Shown: positions 44,533-58,386, counted from the stretch's first letter. The stretch: 64,000 bases of DNA from the human T2T-CHM13v2.0 reference genome, Homo sapiens (GCF_009914755.1 NC_060931.1); one strand, 5' to 3'. Notes: a model not told the origin generated them from the letters alone. Numbers and translations are program-made.

Positions 44533-47025
44533 ACTAAAAATCATCAAAATCTTGTCTCAATTCTTTGTTATAACATGTTTTGAAGGAATTTCACATAGTG
44601 AAAGAATAGCCATACACCTCCAAGTAACAACTGTTTCATTTTCTGGTTTATTGGGTGAACATATTCCAAGCTTCAAAATAGAGCTGGCATACATAACTAT
44701 TGCTTTAAAAAGATAACACACAGGGTTCCAGAATTGGAAAAGACCTAGAGATAAATCATATATTCCATATGTTCCGTCATTCTCATCTTACCACTGAGGG
44801 CACACAGACTAAAAGAGGAAAGTAACTTGCCCAAGGTCATAGGAACAGTTGGCCCACAACGATAGGACCCAGCTTCCTGACTTCAGGTCGCATTGCGCAT
44901 TCTGAACACCAGTAAGTAAGCTACATCTATCCTGAGACTATATGGTAACCTGACTACATCTCTCAAGTTATATGAAGAAACGAAAAGGAATAAAAAACGG
45001 AGACTCAATGTACTGTATACTTTATGTGAAATATTTAGCAGTACTCAAAATTAACACTAGGTGTCAGATCATCAGATTTGAAAAGCTAAACCTGATGAAC
45101 TCGGAGATTTTCTGCTTGATTAAAAATAATCAAATCCATTGCAAATAAATCCATTATTTGATTAGAAATAATTAAATCCATTGCAAAATGGCATGGCATG
45201 ATAATTTTGATTGACTTGGTCGTCCTCAGGAACTGAAGCTATATAATCAGTTAAGTCCCTGCTTCTGATCTCTTCTGATTTTCTTCTAAGAAGAGAATAA
45301 TATTTATTTTTCATAAGTCTAAATTAATTTCTGTTAATTATTTGGGGACACTTTTAATTGTTCTCTGCATTTGAGAAGAAGCCAAAATGTTCAATTCTCC
45401 TTAACCTCTTAAGTCTCTTAAAGAGACTTAAAGTGGCATTATACTTCATCTTCTGATGTGTGCTTAACATCGCTACTGTGACACAGCTCCAGTACAAATA
45501 TTAAAAAGTCTTTGCCTTAGATAATTTAAGGAAAGGATGCAAATGAAAGGCAAGAAATAAAGATTTAACCCCTGTATTGTCAAGCAACGTAGCAGGTTGA
45601 AGAGGAGGGAGATAAGGGGATGGGTTTAGTCGGAGGAAAGAGCGAATCTGGGGCACTGCTGATCAGGAGACGGGACTGGCTTGAGGGACACACGGCAGAA
45701 CAGGCTCATAGCCCAAAGCCAGGTCTGGAGCTAAGGGCAGAGTGAAGAGGGAAGCTTGGCAAGAGAAGGGAACAGGAAGGAGTGTGGGCAGAGATAAGGA
45801 CCGCAATCTAGCCAGCCGTGACTCTGCCCCTCCCTCTGAAGAAGAGAACTTTATAGAAGGGAAATCAGGCGACAAAGTCAAGGAAAGAGGTGATAGATTT
45901 AGAAGACCTTGAAGGGAAAATGAATCCATTGTCATTCTGGGGAAAATGGGAAGGGTAAGATTAAAAGAAATCAGAATTCAGAGCACAAGAAGAATTCCCA
46001 TGAAAATATTACACCAAAATATGTGCCCATGAAATCACGTTCATTTTTAACAGAAAGGGAATTCCACAAGCAGTGACAATTGTCGATTTTGCTTGATAAG
46101 TTTTGCAGCAGTCATGGCATTCATGCTCCTATTCTCCAGCTTAGGAACACTGGGGGCCCCTGGAAACATCAGGGTTACCTCAAGATTTTCACACAAGCTG
46201 CCTGGACTTACGTTCCGGCTGCCTGACAGCCTCTGTGATCCTCCTATAGCCATTTTCAGGCACTTCACGGAACAGGCCTTGCAGTTCAAAAAAGCAAGTA
46301 GACAAAGTGTCCTCTCAGGCAGCCACTTTTTAATCCCCCAACACCCTTTTTTTAGGAACCTATCCAAAAATCTGTGGATCATATAAAGTTTCCTTTTCTT
46401 ACCTCCTACCCCCGAATACTTTACAACATTCCACCAAATCTTACTCCCTCGGAGCATCAGGTTCCTAGTCTAACCAAGAAAGAAAGGTAATATGCTAATG
46501 GAAAGGTCTGGGGTGCCCTTATAACGCATAAACTTCTGGCTTCACCCAGGGCTGGCCTTGCATCTCAACAAGAGAAAACTCACAATTGCTTCAAGAGCAT
46601 TGACAAAGTGAGGAAACTCACTGTTTCCTATGACCATTTTTTCTTGTATTTAGAGGAATCAGATTTCCAATGTTCTCAAACTGATCCCTCTGGCATTCTA
46701 TTGAAAAACAATCTCATAAAACTGAGGGAAACCCTGCTGTTTTATGTCTGTATTCCCAAATCTAGGAAAAGGGAAATACCAGTTAAAAGAATACAGTCCC
46801 GGCGTGAGCTGAAAGGATTATTTTTCCGGAGGTTTTAAATCCCATGGTGTTACAGGGTGCTGCAGAGGTGCCTCAGAGCCTTTCAAGGGGCAAGGACATG
46901 CAGTGGCAAGGGAGGAAGCTAAGTGAGTATGGCTTAGGGCACGTTCTGCTAGCTTCATTCTTCTTCTATCTGTTTTATATACTGCAGTTCATATTAAAGT
47001 ATATCTACATTTTAAAATGATTCCA

Positions 47026-47560
47026 CTGGTAAATGTTTAACAACCAGCTCTCCAGAGAGTACAAAAAGCCCTGATCTGTAGTGTTTATCACTAGTTCATG
47101 GTGTGAATACTCCCTCCCACTGTGGCCAATTTCTTTTTTTAAATTATTTATTTATTTTTTTGAGACAGAGTCTCATTCTGTTGCCTAGGCTGGAGTGCAG
47201 TGGTGTGATCTCTGCTCACTTTAACACTCGCCTCCCGAGTTCAAGTGATTCTCTGCCTCAGCCTCCTGAGTAGCTGGGATTACAGGAGCCCACCACCATG
47301 CCTGGCTAATTTCTGTATTTTTAGTAGAGACAGGGCTTCACCATGTTGGCCAGGCTGGTCTTGAACTCTTGACCTGAGGTGATCTGCTCCCTTCAGCCTA
47401 CCAAAGTGCTGGGATTACAGGCGTGAGCCACCATGCCCAGCCCACTACGGCCAATTTGAAGCTGCCGATGTGAAGTCTCTGAAGGCAAAGTTGGGAAAAG
47501 ATGTGCAAAGTCAACTCTCAGCTCTCACCTGCATTTGTGAGGAGTTCCAGCACACTCCTG
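47026..47560. mobile_element. MER63A-like hAT element split by an Alu
   Basis: ctggtaaatgtttaacaaccagctctcc...ggccaattt [Alu] gaagctgcc...gttgggaaaagatgtgca...ccagcacactcctg. Confidence 0.7.
47133..47442 (-). mobile_element. Alu (AluS-like) with TSD
   Basis: TSD cactgtggccaattt (47118-47132) / cactacggccaattt (47443-47457). Confidence 0.95.
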
Positions 47561-49008
47561 TACCACTCCTTAGTGGATGGAAAGAACTGGAACTCAGAAC
47601 GACCACAGTAAAATGCAATTCCATTACCTATTCCAAACTACTAAATTACCCAGATCTACATTTAAATCTCATATGCAAAAATGGGTTTGGGCCTTCCTCA
47701 TCATGATGATTGTGTCTTACCAGTAACAAACAAATATTAAATTAGACATGTAAATGTTAGAAGCATATATTCAGGATTTCCAGCTTCAATGGAAGCTTAG
47801 AACTCATTAGTCTCACCACACTTCCTAGGCCTAAATGCCTACTCTAATTGGCTTTTCAGCTCAATTGGTTTTACTGCAGTTCATATAAAAGTATATCTAT
47901 ATTTTAAAATGGTTCCACTGGTAAATGTTTAAGAACCAGCTCTCCAGAGAGTACAAAAAGCCCTGATAAGTAGTGTTTGCCACTGGTTCCCGGTGTAAAT
48001 ACTCCCACTATGGCCAATTTCAAGACAAAATTTGACAATGTCAGAAAATTGACCACATCTCAGACCATTCATGATCTCGTTAGGAAACACTCTTTCTTAA
48101 AGTAAACCAAGTATCTATTGCCCTGAAGCCCTATGCATTGTTCATTATCACCCATGTGAGGCCAAGCAAAACAACTCAAATTAAACCTCCATATTAACAG
48201 CCTCTCAACTGGGACACTAACATGTGCGTGCGTCTTCCCTTTCCAGCCCAAGCTACGTTAGTTTATTTGACTGTTTTCATGACATGATACCAAGCCCTGT
48301 CAACATCTTAGTCACTCTCTTCCGAGCTGGCTGCAACTTGCCTGTCCCTGTGCTTCTCTGAGTTTGTGATGAGTATCACAGGTATCACAGGTATCATGTG
48401 ACCAATTCAGGGTAAATCGGAACCATTCCCTTCTGCTATTTACTTTCTACATAGCTACAACGTTATCATCCTTTTGACACAAAAGACTTCCTCGCACACG
48501 CCATTGCTAAGATACGTCTTCCCAATTCAATCCCCTTAGAATTGGGTTTTTGAGCCCAAGTACAGATTTTTACATTTATGACCATCTCCTTTCATCTGAA
48601 AAGACTTGGCTCATCAGGGCTGTCAGTACCTTTTAAATTCCTGATTCTCTTGTCCAATGTCTCCCTGTTTATTTTCCTGAGATCCAGACAAAGGACAAAA
48701 TATGCAGATACCACCTGAAACTTATCTTTCAGGGGTTGGCAATCTATTAATCAATATCACCTGGGTATTACTGTTCTAATTCCCTTTGGAGAGTTAAAAA
48801 TCACAGAGCCATTTAGTCCTAAATTACCTTCTGCTAATCATTATTACTAACACATGGGAGTTCCAGAACACCCTGAAGTGGGGGTATTGACCTCAAAGCA
48901 TGTGCCCCTTGTGTCAGTGGGAAAGCCTTCTTCAATTCATAATGGTAGAATAAGAAGGAACTGGAGAGAGTGGGCAGGTTTCTTCCCACCTGCTGGTTTC
49001 TGTCCAAG

Positions 49009-49010
<2 letters not shown>

Positions 49011-49060
<50 letters not shown>
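49011..49060 (+). repeat. (GT)25
   Basis: Perfect 50-bp dinucleotide run. Confidence 0.98.
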
Positions 49061-49063
<3 letters not shown>

Positions 49064-51514
49064 GTTTGTCTTTCCTTTATTTGAGCTCTGTCATTATAAG
49101 AGGAATCTAGATAATAGTCTCAGATAATAAAATCATCTATTCACATGCAAGGCAGTGTCTGCCATATCAATGCCATTGTAATATATTCTGTGCACCACAA
49201 CTTTTCATTTGAATACTTAGAAGACTCTTCCTTGAGGTCAACAACAAAATAAAAGGAAGAGGAACTGCTTGGAAAAGTCAGTAATTTGCTCTATCTCAGG
49301 AGAATAGCATTCGGGAGGGAGTTAGAATGAAGGCACCAGGTTGATTTCCCATTAGTATCAATTACATGATATGAAACAAACCTGATCCAATGGCAGGGTA
49401 GCTATGGAAATCCCTACAACTACTCAAGGGTTTCAGATAGAGAATTTGAACATCAGAGTGGAATTTCTACCAGTATGGGGCACTGATTCTGGAGTGGAGT
49501 TGCTCCTAGTTCAAGGAAATGCTTGAGTGTTGGGTTTGGGGCCAGGTATACACTAAGGCTAGACTGAGCTTTTGTGCTTATGTGCTTTCACCACAGGGAC
49601 CCCTTCAGCTCCTGGTCACCCAATTAACGCTACCCATGACATATGCTGAGAACTTGGGTGCTTCATGTAGGATAGGTAATTGTTTTAGTGTCCCTGAAGG
49701 TAATATACCTTGGCCATCTAGGTGAAATACCTAAGTTTAATCATGTAGCTTATCTAGTTCCTCTGAGGTAGAAGTTAAATGATGAACACAAAGGCAGAGT
49801 GGGCCTCAAATGGATGCATTCCAAAATTGACAGGAGCTGATTTTTTTTCCTGGATCAAGGAAGGAAGTGAGTATGGCCTCTTGGGTGTTCAGTCAAGAAG
49901 ATTTGGGGGAATTCAGTCTAGGAAACATAGGCGTCCCAAAGAAGTGCTTGTCAAGGACAGTGCCAATCAGGAAAGGTAGAGGAGAATGTATGTGAAATTC
50001 CCCTGGAAACTGGAACTACAAAACAACCATGGATTTTTGTTCTGTGTAGAAAAGAGAAGATAAGAGAAAGATTTAGAAAAGGGATGGAAATGTTATTTTA
50101 TTCCATTTTAAAGCTGTATTTTAATTTTACTAAACAAATGAAAAAACTATTTTTAAACTATTCACTAATGACCAAACTAAGCCTCAGAAAGGTTAAGAGA
50201 CTGGCCCAAGTTCACAACTACCAAATAAAAGAACCAGAGTTCAAAAACCAGGTCTGTCTGATCCCAGAGATCTTTCCCCCATAAGGAAGAAGGGAGAGAT
50301 GAGAAAGGGAAAAGGATGGAAAAGGAACATAATATTAATTGAGATCCTTACACAGGCCAAGTTCTATGCTAGGCGCTTTACATACGTATTTATTTGTATT
50401 ATTTAGTCCTTACAACAACAGGTAAGGTTGGTATTTTTGTTCTGCTTTCCATCCGTGCAGTTTCCTATGGAAGTTGGAGGGTCCCCAGCACGTGACTCTA
50501 ACACCACCTGTCACTTTCCATCCAACCTCAGTCTCCCTTCCCTGAGACGCTCAAAGTTTTCTGCTAGTATCTAAAATATTTAAAGGCCCAGACCTATTGA
50601 TTTTCCTGGAGCTACAACATAGAAGTGCCATTTCAAGGCTGGGAAATCTCATAACTGATGCCAGAAGCACGTGGGGAAATCTCATAACTGATACCAGAAG
50701 CATGCTGCTCCAGAGCTAGCCAGTGCTCCTGGTAGTGCCTCGAAAGTGGCAGGCCACTGAACAACCAGAAAGCGGGCAGCTGGAAGAGCTGCTCTTCCAC
50801 GGCTAGAGAGCATCAGCCCTGTTTTATCCACAGTTATATTTCTGCCACAACTATACACCCCATCCTCAAGCTCTGTCAAGGAAGAGCAGAAGGTATCTGC
50901 TCTCTTCTCCCCTAGCACAAAGTTTGGTCAAAGTGGGTCCAAGCCCAAGTATCCCAGCTCGACCTTACAGCCCTTTCAAGTGGTTCATGTAGAAATTTTG
51001 CCAAGGCAAAAACGTGCTCCCCAACCAGTTGTTGCGACCAGCCCACTGCTCCTCTCTTTCTACACTCATCATTATGTTATTTTAGGAGTCATATCATTTA
51101 CGCCTGTCGCTAGGCCTTTCTCAAGGCAACAGTGGTCCACCCTGATAGGTTTTCTAACTTAGAATCGTAGGAAGATGGAAATTTCACTGGGCAGTGAGTA
51201 CTCTTTGTCCCTGCCCTCCCAGAAGTTTTCTGGGCTCCTTAAGCAAAATTACCTACGCTATTCCCAAACAGTTAATAGTTCATCTTACAGTAGGGGAAAA
51301 AAGTTTACCTTCCTTTTTGCCAGATTCTCCTTACACATATAAAAAAAAAGGAAGTACACAGAAGTTTTTAACCAAGAAGGAAGAGGAGGAGAAGGAGAAA
51401 AGAAAAAACACACACAAGTTCTTTAAACAAATTAGTGGACAGTGGAGATTCAAACCCATGTCTGATTCCACTATGTCATGTTTCTCAAAGAAAATGATTC
51501 TCTGAGGTTCAGAA

Positions 51515-51985
51515 TGTGGAACGCTCTGGAAACCCAGCCAGCATGCTGGGAGAAGCCCAAGCACACGGAGAGGCCACGAGGAGGCACTGTGGTCCACAGT
51601 CCAGCCTCTCAGTCAGCCTAGGCCAGGGTCCACTTGTGGACCGTCTGGGGGATTCCAGCCATGAACCCACACATAAGCCTCCCTGATGGTTCCAGTCCTC
51701 AAATGTGAACCCTTTGGATGGTTCTAGCCCCAGCTATGGACCTTTCAGATGTTACCAGCCCTAGACGTGGATCTTCCAGATGATTCCAATTCCCTAGTCC
51801 TTCCAGCCACCTTCGGCTTTTTGAGTCTTCCTAGCTGAGGTCCCAGAAACCTAAGAATAGAGAAGTCATCCCTGCTTGTGCTCTGTCTGAATTCCTGACC
51901 CACAGAACCAGTGAGAACAATAAGACGGCTGCTGTTTCACTCCCAGTCGGTTTGGTGTGACTTGTCATGTAGCAACAGATAACCT
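51515..51985 (+). mobile_element. MaLR LTR (MLT1F/G/H-like)
   Basis: ggaaacccagccagcatgctgggagaagcccaagc...ctgaattcctgacccacagaacc...tgtagcaacagataac. Confidence 0.7.
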
Positions 51986-52577
51986 GGGAGAAATTCAACA
52001 GGGGGGCCAGGAGACTGAAAACCCTGAAAGCAAGGGTTTTGGTCATTCTCAGCAAACAGCATCAAAATGCTGGCAAATGCATTCTGCCACATACATCATC
52101 CAAGTGCAAGAGTCTCTCACATTATAATTTTTGGCTGAGAACTCAATATACACATGACTGGGTTATTGTTAACTGAGTATTGTTCATTCTGGGCTGGGAA
52201 ACCTTTACTGACAACAGTGGAACATTTGGATGTGGAATTCTCTGCCATGGAAAATAGAAAAACATTTCTTTAGTGAAAAACACTGATCATCTGGAAAACG
52301 CTTTATCGGTACCTTACTGATGTTTTTCATTTCTTATGAAGCCAAAACAGTTTTCTCTTAGGTCTCGATTATATTCAGAACTTTTAATAAATAGCCCCCT
52401 TTATACAGATAACAGTGCAGAGATGAGAAACTGTCCAAATAGTGGAAAAGATTAATCTATAAAGTGTAAGCAAAGAAACATGCATAACTTGCTCATCATA
52501 AAGACCTACATTTTAAAAATAAAACCAGAAAATTCTTGTTTGTTTAACATGTATCTGTGTATTATATGTCACAGGTG

Positions 52578-52580
<3 letters not shown>

Positions 52581-52618
<38 letters not shown>
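52581..52618 (+). repeat. (TG)19
   Basis: Direct reading. Confidence 0.98.
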
Positions 52619-52621
<3 letters not shown>

Positions 52622-53445
52622 TTATGGTTATGAATGAACTTCTACTGCTAAATCTCTTGGTTCTGTCAAGTAAAAACCTAAGTATGAAATTTTTTGATAG
52701 CCTCATTTTTATCATTTTTCAAATCATAGTAGCAAGCAGTTAAAGCCTGGCAGGAAATTTAATCTATATATTTATTTACATACTGTCTACTGTCCATAGT
52801 CAAACACTTATTCATGTACTTATCTATGAAGAAAATATATACTGAACACCTACTATGTGTGAGGCATGATTCTAGGAACTGCAGACAATGGCGATAAACG
52901 AAAGAAACAAGATCCTTACCCACATTAAACTTACCTTCTAGCACAGATAGTTAAATGATAAACAAGTAAATAAGTAGCAAGATCTGCAGCCTGGAGGATT
53001 CAATGAAGAAATAGCTTAGACATAAGGAACTTTTGCAATATATGGTCACAAAGAAAGGAAGTGGCGTGGACATTTGCTTTTCATCTGTCCAGAACTCCAC
53101 CTTCCTTTTCCTGAGCAACCTTGTCTCCCTTCAAAGGAAGCCTCCTGGTGGAGATATTGCCAGTCTCCAACTATGAAAACCAAAGGACTAGAGCCTCTGT
53201 CTCCTCACCCAGCTGTAGCGGGGAAGTGGGCATATAACTGAGATGTGGCCAGTCAGGACTTTGATTCTTGATGGACAGATTTCCCACAGGTGTCAATGAT
53301 GGCAGGCGAACCAGCCCAGGCTTGCAAAGAGGACCTTGCGATGAGTGAGGGTTAACTGTATGTGTCAACTTGGCTGGGCCATGGTACCCAGATATTTGGA
53401 TAAAAATTATTCTAGATGTTTCTGTGAACATATATATATATATAT

Positions 53446-53771
53446 TTTGAGACAGAGTCTCACTCTGTCACCCAGGCTAGAGTGCAATGGTGCGATCTCA
53501 GCTCACTGTAACCTCTATCCCCCAGGGTTCTAGTGATTCTCCTACCTCAGCCTCCCAGGTAGCTAGGGTTACAGGTGCCTGCCACCATGCCTGGCTAATG
53601 TTTTTTTGTTGTTGTTGTTTTTGTTTTTGTTTTTGTTTTTGTTGTATTTTTAGTAGAGACAGGGTTTTGCCATGTTGGCCAGGCTGGTCTTGAACTCCTG
53701 ACCTCAGGTAATCCACCCACCTCAGTCTCCCAAAATGCTAAGATTACAAGTGTGAGCTGCCACACCCAGCC
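53446..53771 (-). mobile_element. Alu (AluS-like) with (AT)n tail and expanded mid-linker
   Basis: Antisense dimer; degenerate TSD ctgtgaacatat / ctgtaaacgtat. Confidence 0.93.
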
Positions 53772-54055
53772 TGTAAACGTATTTTTTAGATGAGATTAAC
53801 ATTTAAGATAGTAGACTTTGAGTACAACAGATTACCCTCCACAATGTGGATGGGCTTCACCCAACCCGTTGAAGGCCTTAATAGAGAAAACACTCACCTT
53901 CTACAAGAAAGAGGGGATTCTTCCAGCAGACTGCCTTCAGATTCAAGCTGTAACATCAACTCTTCCCAGGGTCTCTAGTCTTCCAGTTTACCTACTCCTC
54001 AGATTTTGGAATTGCCAACCTCCACAATTGTTTGTCAATTCCTTAAAATAAATCA

Positions 54056-54072
54056 ATAGATAGATGATAGAT

Positions 54073-54123
<51 letters not shown>

Positions 54124-54179
54124 GATAGATAGATAGATAATAGATGATACATAGATAGATAGATAGATAGATGATAGAT

Positions 54180-54221
<42 letters not shown>

Positions 54222-54222
54222 A
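54056..54222 (+). repeat. Interrupted (GATA)n tetranucleotide STR
   Basis: Direct reading. Confidence 0.97.
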
Positions 54223-55715
54223 AACTTGTTCAGTACACTATGGTTTTTTTCAACACAGACCTCCAAATTCCTATGTTTCTTCCTCTCCAAGCCTGCCCCT
54301 TTAGTCCTGTGTTATTCTGCAAGTTGATACATCCCTCAAATATTGACAAAATGATAGCCCTAAAGATAAAAGCTACAGACCATCCACGCAGACTGGCATC
54401 ATAAAAACACATCTTAAATTTTACAACACCCACCCTTCTCATCCAGTGAACTTCCTTCTGTTCATGGTGAACAGAGGTGCTTGCAACCATGTACCTTGGC
54501 TGACACAGAAAAATTGTAGCTTTTGAAACTCGTGTTCTCACTAATATTTTTTGCTTAAGGTATTTTCCAGTCTCTGCCTGCCTTCAGTCTCTGCCTGCCT
54601 CCAGTAAATCTTGTACCCTACTTAGAACATTTTTGGCATCTTCATGTTAATTCTTGCATGATTTATGTGTTATGATTAAAGCTTTCTTGTGTCTCCCCAG
54701 CTAAGCCCTTCAGAGCAGAGATTATGTTTATGGTTCCTCATGCCACCCACAGTGACACTTCCAGGGCCCCGGTGCGTGTGATGGCTGCTTAGTAATTGTC
54801 TCTTGAGGTAATGGAGGTTTAATGCCACCTTCAGTGGTTGGACCAACTTTCAGTTTCAGAATTATGTTACCTGTAGTAGCAATGACTGATTTGATTTATA
54901 GAGCATCTTTCTCCCAATGAATTCTAAACATTTTGAACACTTTGTTTCATGCTTAGCAGGTAATTTTTCATCAATTATTTACAAGTAGAAGTCCAATAAA
55001 GACAAAACGTTGCAGTGATTTTACTGCGAATGGAGTGCGTTAAAGGTAACCTGAGACAAAGGCTACAACTGTCTTTACTTTCGGTAAATTGTATCATAGC
55101 TTTTTTCTTTAACTGGGACTATTATTTTGTCAATATTTGAGGTGATGATAAAAAAGAAACTGGAATGTCTACTGCATTTTCCCTGAGTGACAGAGAGAAG
55201 ATGGAGAGAAGGGAGAGAGTAAGGAAAGTGGGAGGGGCATTTGAAGTTATCTAGATCTAGAAACTAGAAAGATGCTACCCAGATCTTCTCAGAGGTCTGG
55301 AGATGGTATCAAAGCAGACAGAAGGAGGCTGTATGCACCAAGATGCTCCTTCCAACTCTATGTACTACTGTGCATAAAAGAAATCAAGCAAAGGATTGAA
55401 GCAAGAGGTAGAAGTTTGCAGGCTGAACACAGCTCTGCTGTGATTTTTAGCACAAGCATAATGAATATCTTTTCTTCAATTTATCTTGACCAGAGTGGTA
55501 GTTTTAAAGCATTCTTAATCAGGCAAAAATGTTTCCAAGGCCACTTCCATTTTTCAACACTTGCAATGAGCTTGAAGTTCAGTTTAATCATAACAAAATA
55601 AGAGGTTGCAGATATGGGTCTCTCACTTACTTGTATTTTTCTAATTTTAACAAGTTGGTAAAGAGAAGTAGCAACAAAACGGGAAACAGAGCTGGGGACT
55701 TCAGTTCAAATTCTT

Positions 55716-56011
55716 TTATTTTTTATTTTTTGAGACAGAGTCTTGCTCTGTGACTCAGGCCAGAGTGCAGTGGTGTCATCTCAGCTCACTGCAACCTCTG
55801 CCTTCTGGGTTCAAGTGATTCTCCCTTCAGCCTCCTGAGTAAATGGGATTACAGGCAACTGCCACCATGCCTAGCTAAATTTTATATTTTTAGTAGATAT
55901 GAGGTTTCACTATGTTGGCCAGGCTGGTCTCGAACTCCTGACCTGAAGGGATCTGCCCGCCCCAGCCTCCCAAAGTGCTGGGATTACAGGCATGAGCCAC
56001 TGCGTCTGGCC
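55716..56011 (-). mobile_element. Alu (AluS-like) with perfect 14-bp TSD
   Basis: cagttcaaattctt at 55702-55715 and 56012-56025. Confidence 0.96.
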
Positions 56012-57062
56012 CAGTTCAAATTCTTAAGTGTAAATTGCTATCTGCTATCAGCACCCAATCCACATTTTAATTAACAAATTATTAATTATATAGCCAGAAA
56101 GATAAAAGCATCAAGTTGATTTTTAAAATGCTAGGGCAAAACCCAAATAATAATGTCATGTCTTACGTAGACACAAAAAAGGAAAATTCAGCCTCCATTG
56201 TTCTAAACTCTCTTTGAATTTATTACAGAGACCATTAACTGCCAAGCTCAGATGCAAAAAGCAATAAGACAATAAAGGTAAAATTTAAGGCAACTAAAAC
56301 GGAACTTGGCTTCCAGTGTAACTATCCCATTAAATTACTACACCACAGACTCATTTTCATCACAGTCCAAGTTACATTATACTATAAGACTCTAATAGGT
56401 GATGCAGGAAAATTCTTGTTCCATTTCCGAGCTACAGACACAGTGATTATGCTACTTCAATGCATCGTACGCACAGAGAGCAGCTGTAACAGCCCATCAT
56501 AATCATCATCAAGAGGCATTTATTAGATAGCTCTCTGCATGTCATGCCTAATAAGTGCTATGCAATGTAGGTTTCTACGGCTGATTAGAACATGGCCAAA
56601 ATGAGGCCCCCAAATCAAATCTAGCTCTTAAAAGTGTCATGTCCAATTCTTATCTAGGAAGTAGAGTTTATACCTTGGCTTCAGGTATTTAAGGGCTGTG
56701 GAGGCCTTACAGAAGTCATCTCACCTCTCTAAGCTTCAGTATTCTCCTGTGCAAAATGAAGACGGTGGTGATGATACTAATAACAACAAAAATAATAATA
56801 ATAGCCTGCACATATAGCAGTCACTATCTGCCAGACACTGTTCTGAGCAATTCACATGTATAGCTCATTAATACTCAGAAGAACCCTTTGAGGAAAGTAC
56901 TGGTATCACGTCTGCTCCTCACAGTGACCTTGTGTCTCAGGCCATTTTAACCTTGTTTCCTGTAAATACATGGAACTGATCGCAAGTGGTGCCAGTTAAG
57001 GGAATAGGCCTTAACATTTAAGATAGAAAATAACACCAGGACCCTACATCAGAGTGCCTGCC

Positions 57063-57880
57063 TGTGGTATAACAAAAAAAGGAATTTTTGATCTTTGTCC
57101 CCAGTTCCTGGCACAGAGATCCTAAAACCTTTGGAATTTCCTGGGTGATAGGAGTGTCTTTTGTTACTCATAAACAGCCCCTTTCTACCACACTTGAGTT
57201 TATGCTAATAAGGTGACTCGTGTTGGGGTCCTTAGATAGCTTAGGATGGGAGATGGTTTCCAGAATCATCAAATACTACCAAGCACATAATTAGGTTGGA
57301 GCTTCCAGCCCCACTTCTCCACCTGTGGGGAAGGGAAGGGGCTGAGATGAGTTCAATCAGAGAGACCAGTGATTTAATCAACATAATGAAATATTGATAA
57401 AAACTGTTGAAAAATGAGATTCAGGGAACAGACCAATGTATTGACAGGGTGGTACCATCAGCAGAGATATACCACCACCACCATCACTACCCTCCGTACC
57501 TCACCCTATATATCTCTTCCACTTTGCTGTTCTTGAGTTGTACCCTATAGAATATAACTGTAATTATACGTATAGTGCTTTCCTGAGTTGTGTGAATCAT
57601 CCTAGTGAATTATAGAACCTGAGAGGGGCGGTCGTGGGAACCCTCAAATTTGTAATGAGTTAGGCAAAAGTGTAGGTAGCCTGGGGCCCCATTTGCAGCT
57701 AGTGTGGAGAGTGAGGGATTGAGCATGGGACTGAGCCCTTAACTTGTGGGGTCTGTACTAGATCCAGGTAGTTAGCATCAGAATTGCATTGAATTGTAGG
57801 ACACCCAATTGGTGTCAGAGAGTTAGAGAATTGGTTGTTGTTGAAAAAGAATTGGTTGTTGGAAACAAAAAATAATGGCG
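57063..57880 (+). mobile_element. MER21-family LTR
   Basis: ctttgtccccagttcctggcacagagatcctaaaacctttggaatttcctgggtgataggagtgtcttttgtt...gggactgagcccttaacttgtggggtctg. Confidence 0.8.
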
Positions 57881-58022
57881 AATTAATTGGCTGAATCAAG
57901 CTCAGAGGCAGAGATGGGTAGCTCTAAGTAGGAGTTTGGTCTGTAATTTGTGAGGTAATCTGTATTTCTGGTAATCAGAAAAAAGAAACATAGAAAATTC
58001 CTACTGATGATATAAAATATGA

Positions 58023-58386
<364 letters not shown>

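Larger units (their letters stand above)
53344..54260 (+). mobile_element. ERVL LTR (MLT2D-like) containing an Alu and a GATA repeat
   Basis: ggttaactgtatgtgtcaacttggctgggccatggtacccagatatttgg...gatgagattaacatttaa...cagattaccctccacaatgtggatgggc...attccttaaaataaatc. Confidence 0.85.

Noticed and set aside
45085-45135. CTGATGA motif as a possible hammerhead ribozyme core
   Set aside because: Could not build the required stems with a correctly placed GAAA and NUH cleavage triplet; the heptamer is expected by chance.
50641-51800. Repeat-spacer-like patterns suggestive of a CRISPR array
   Set aside because: Only two copies at 50641 and degenerate LTR-internal repeats at 51640; eukaryotic context with no cas genes.
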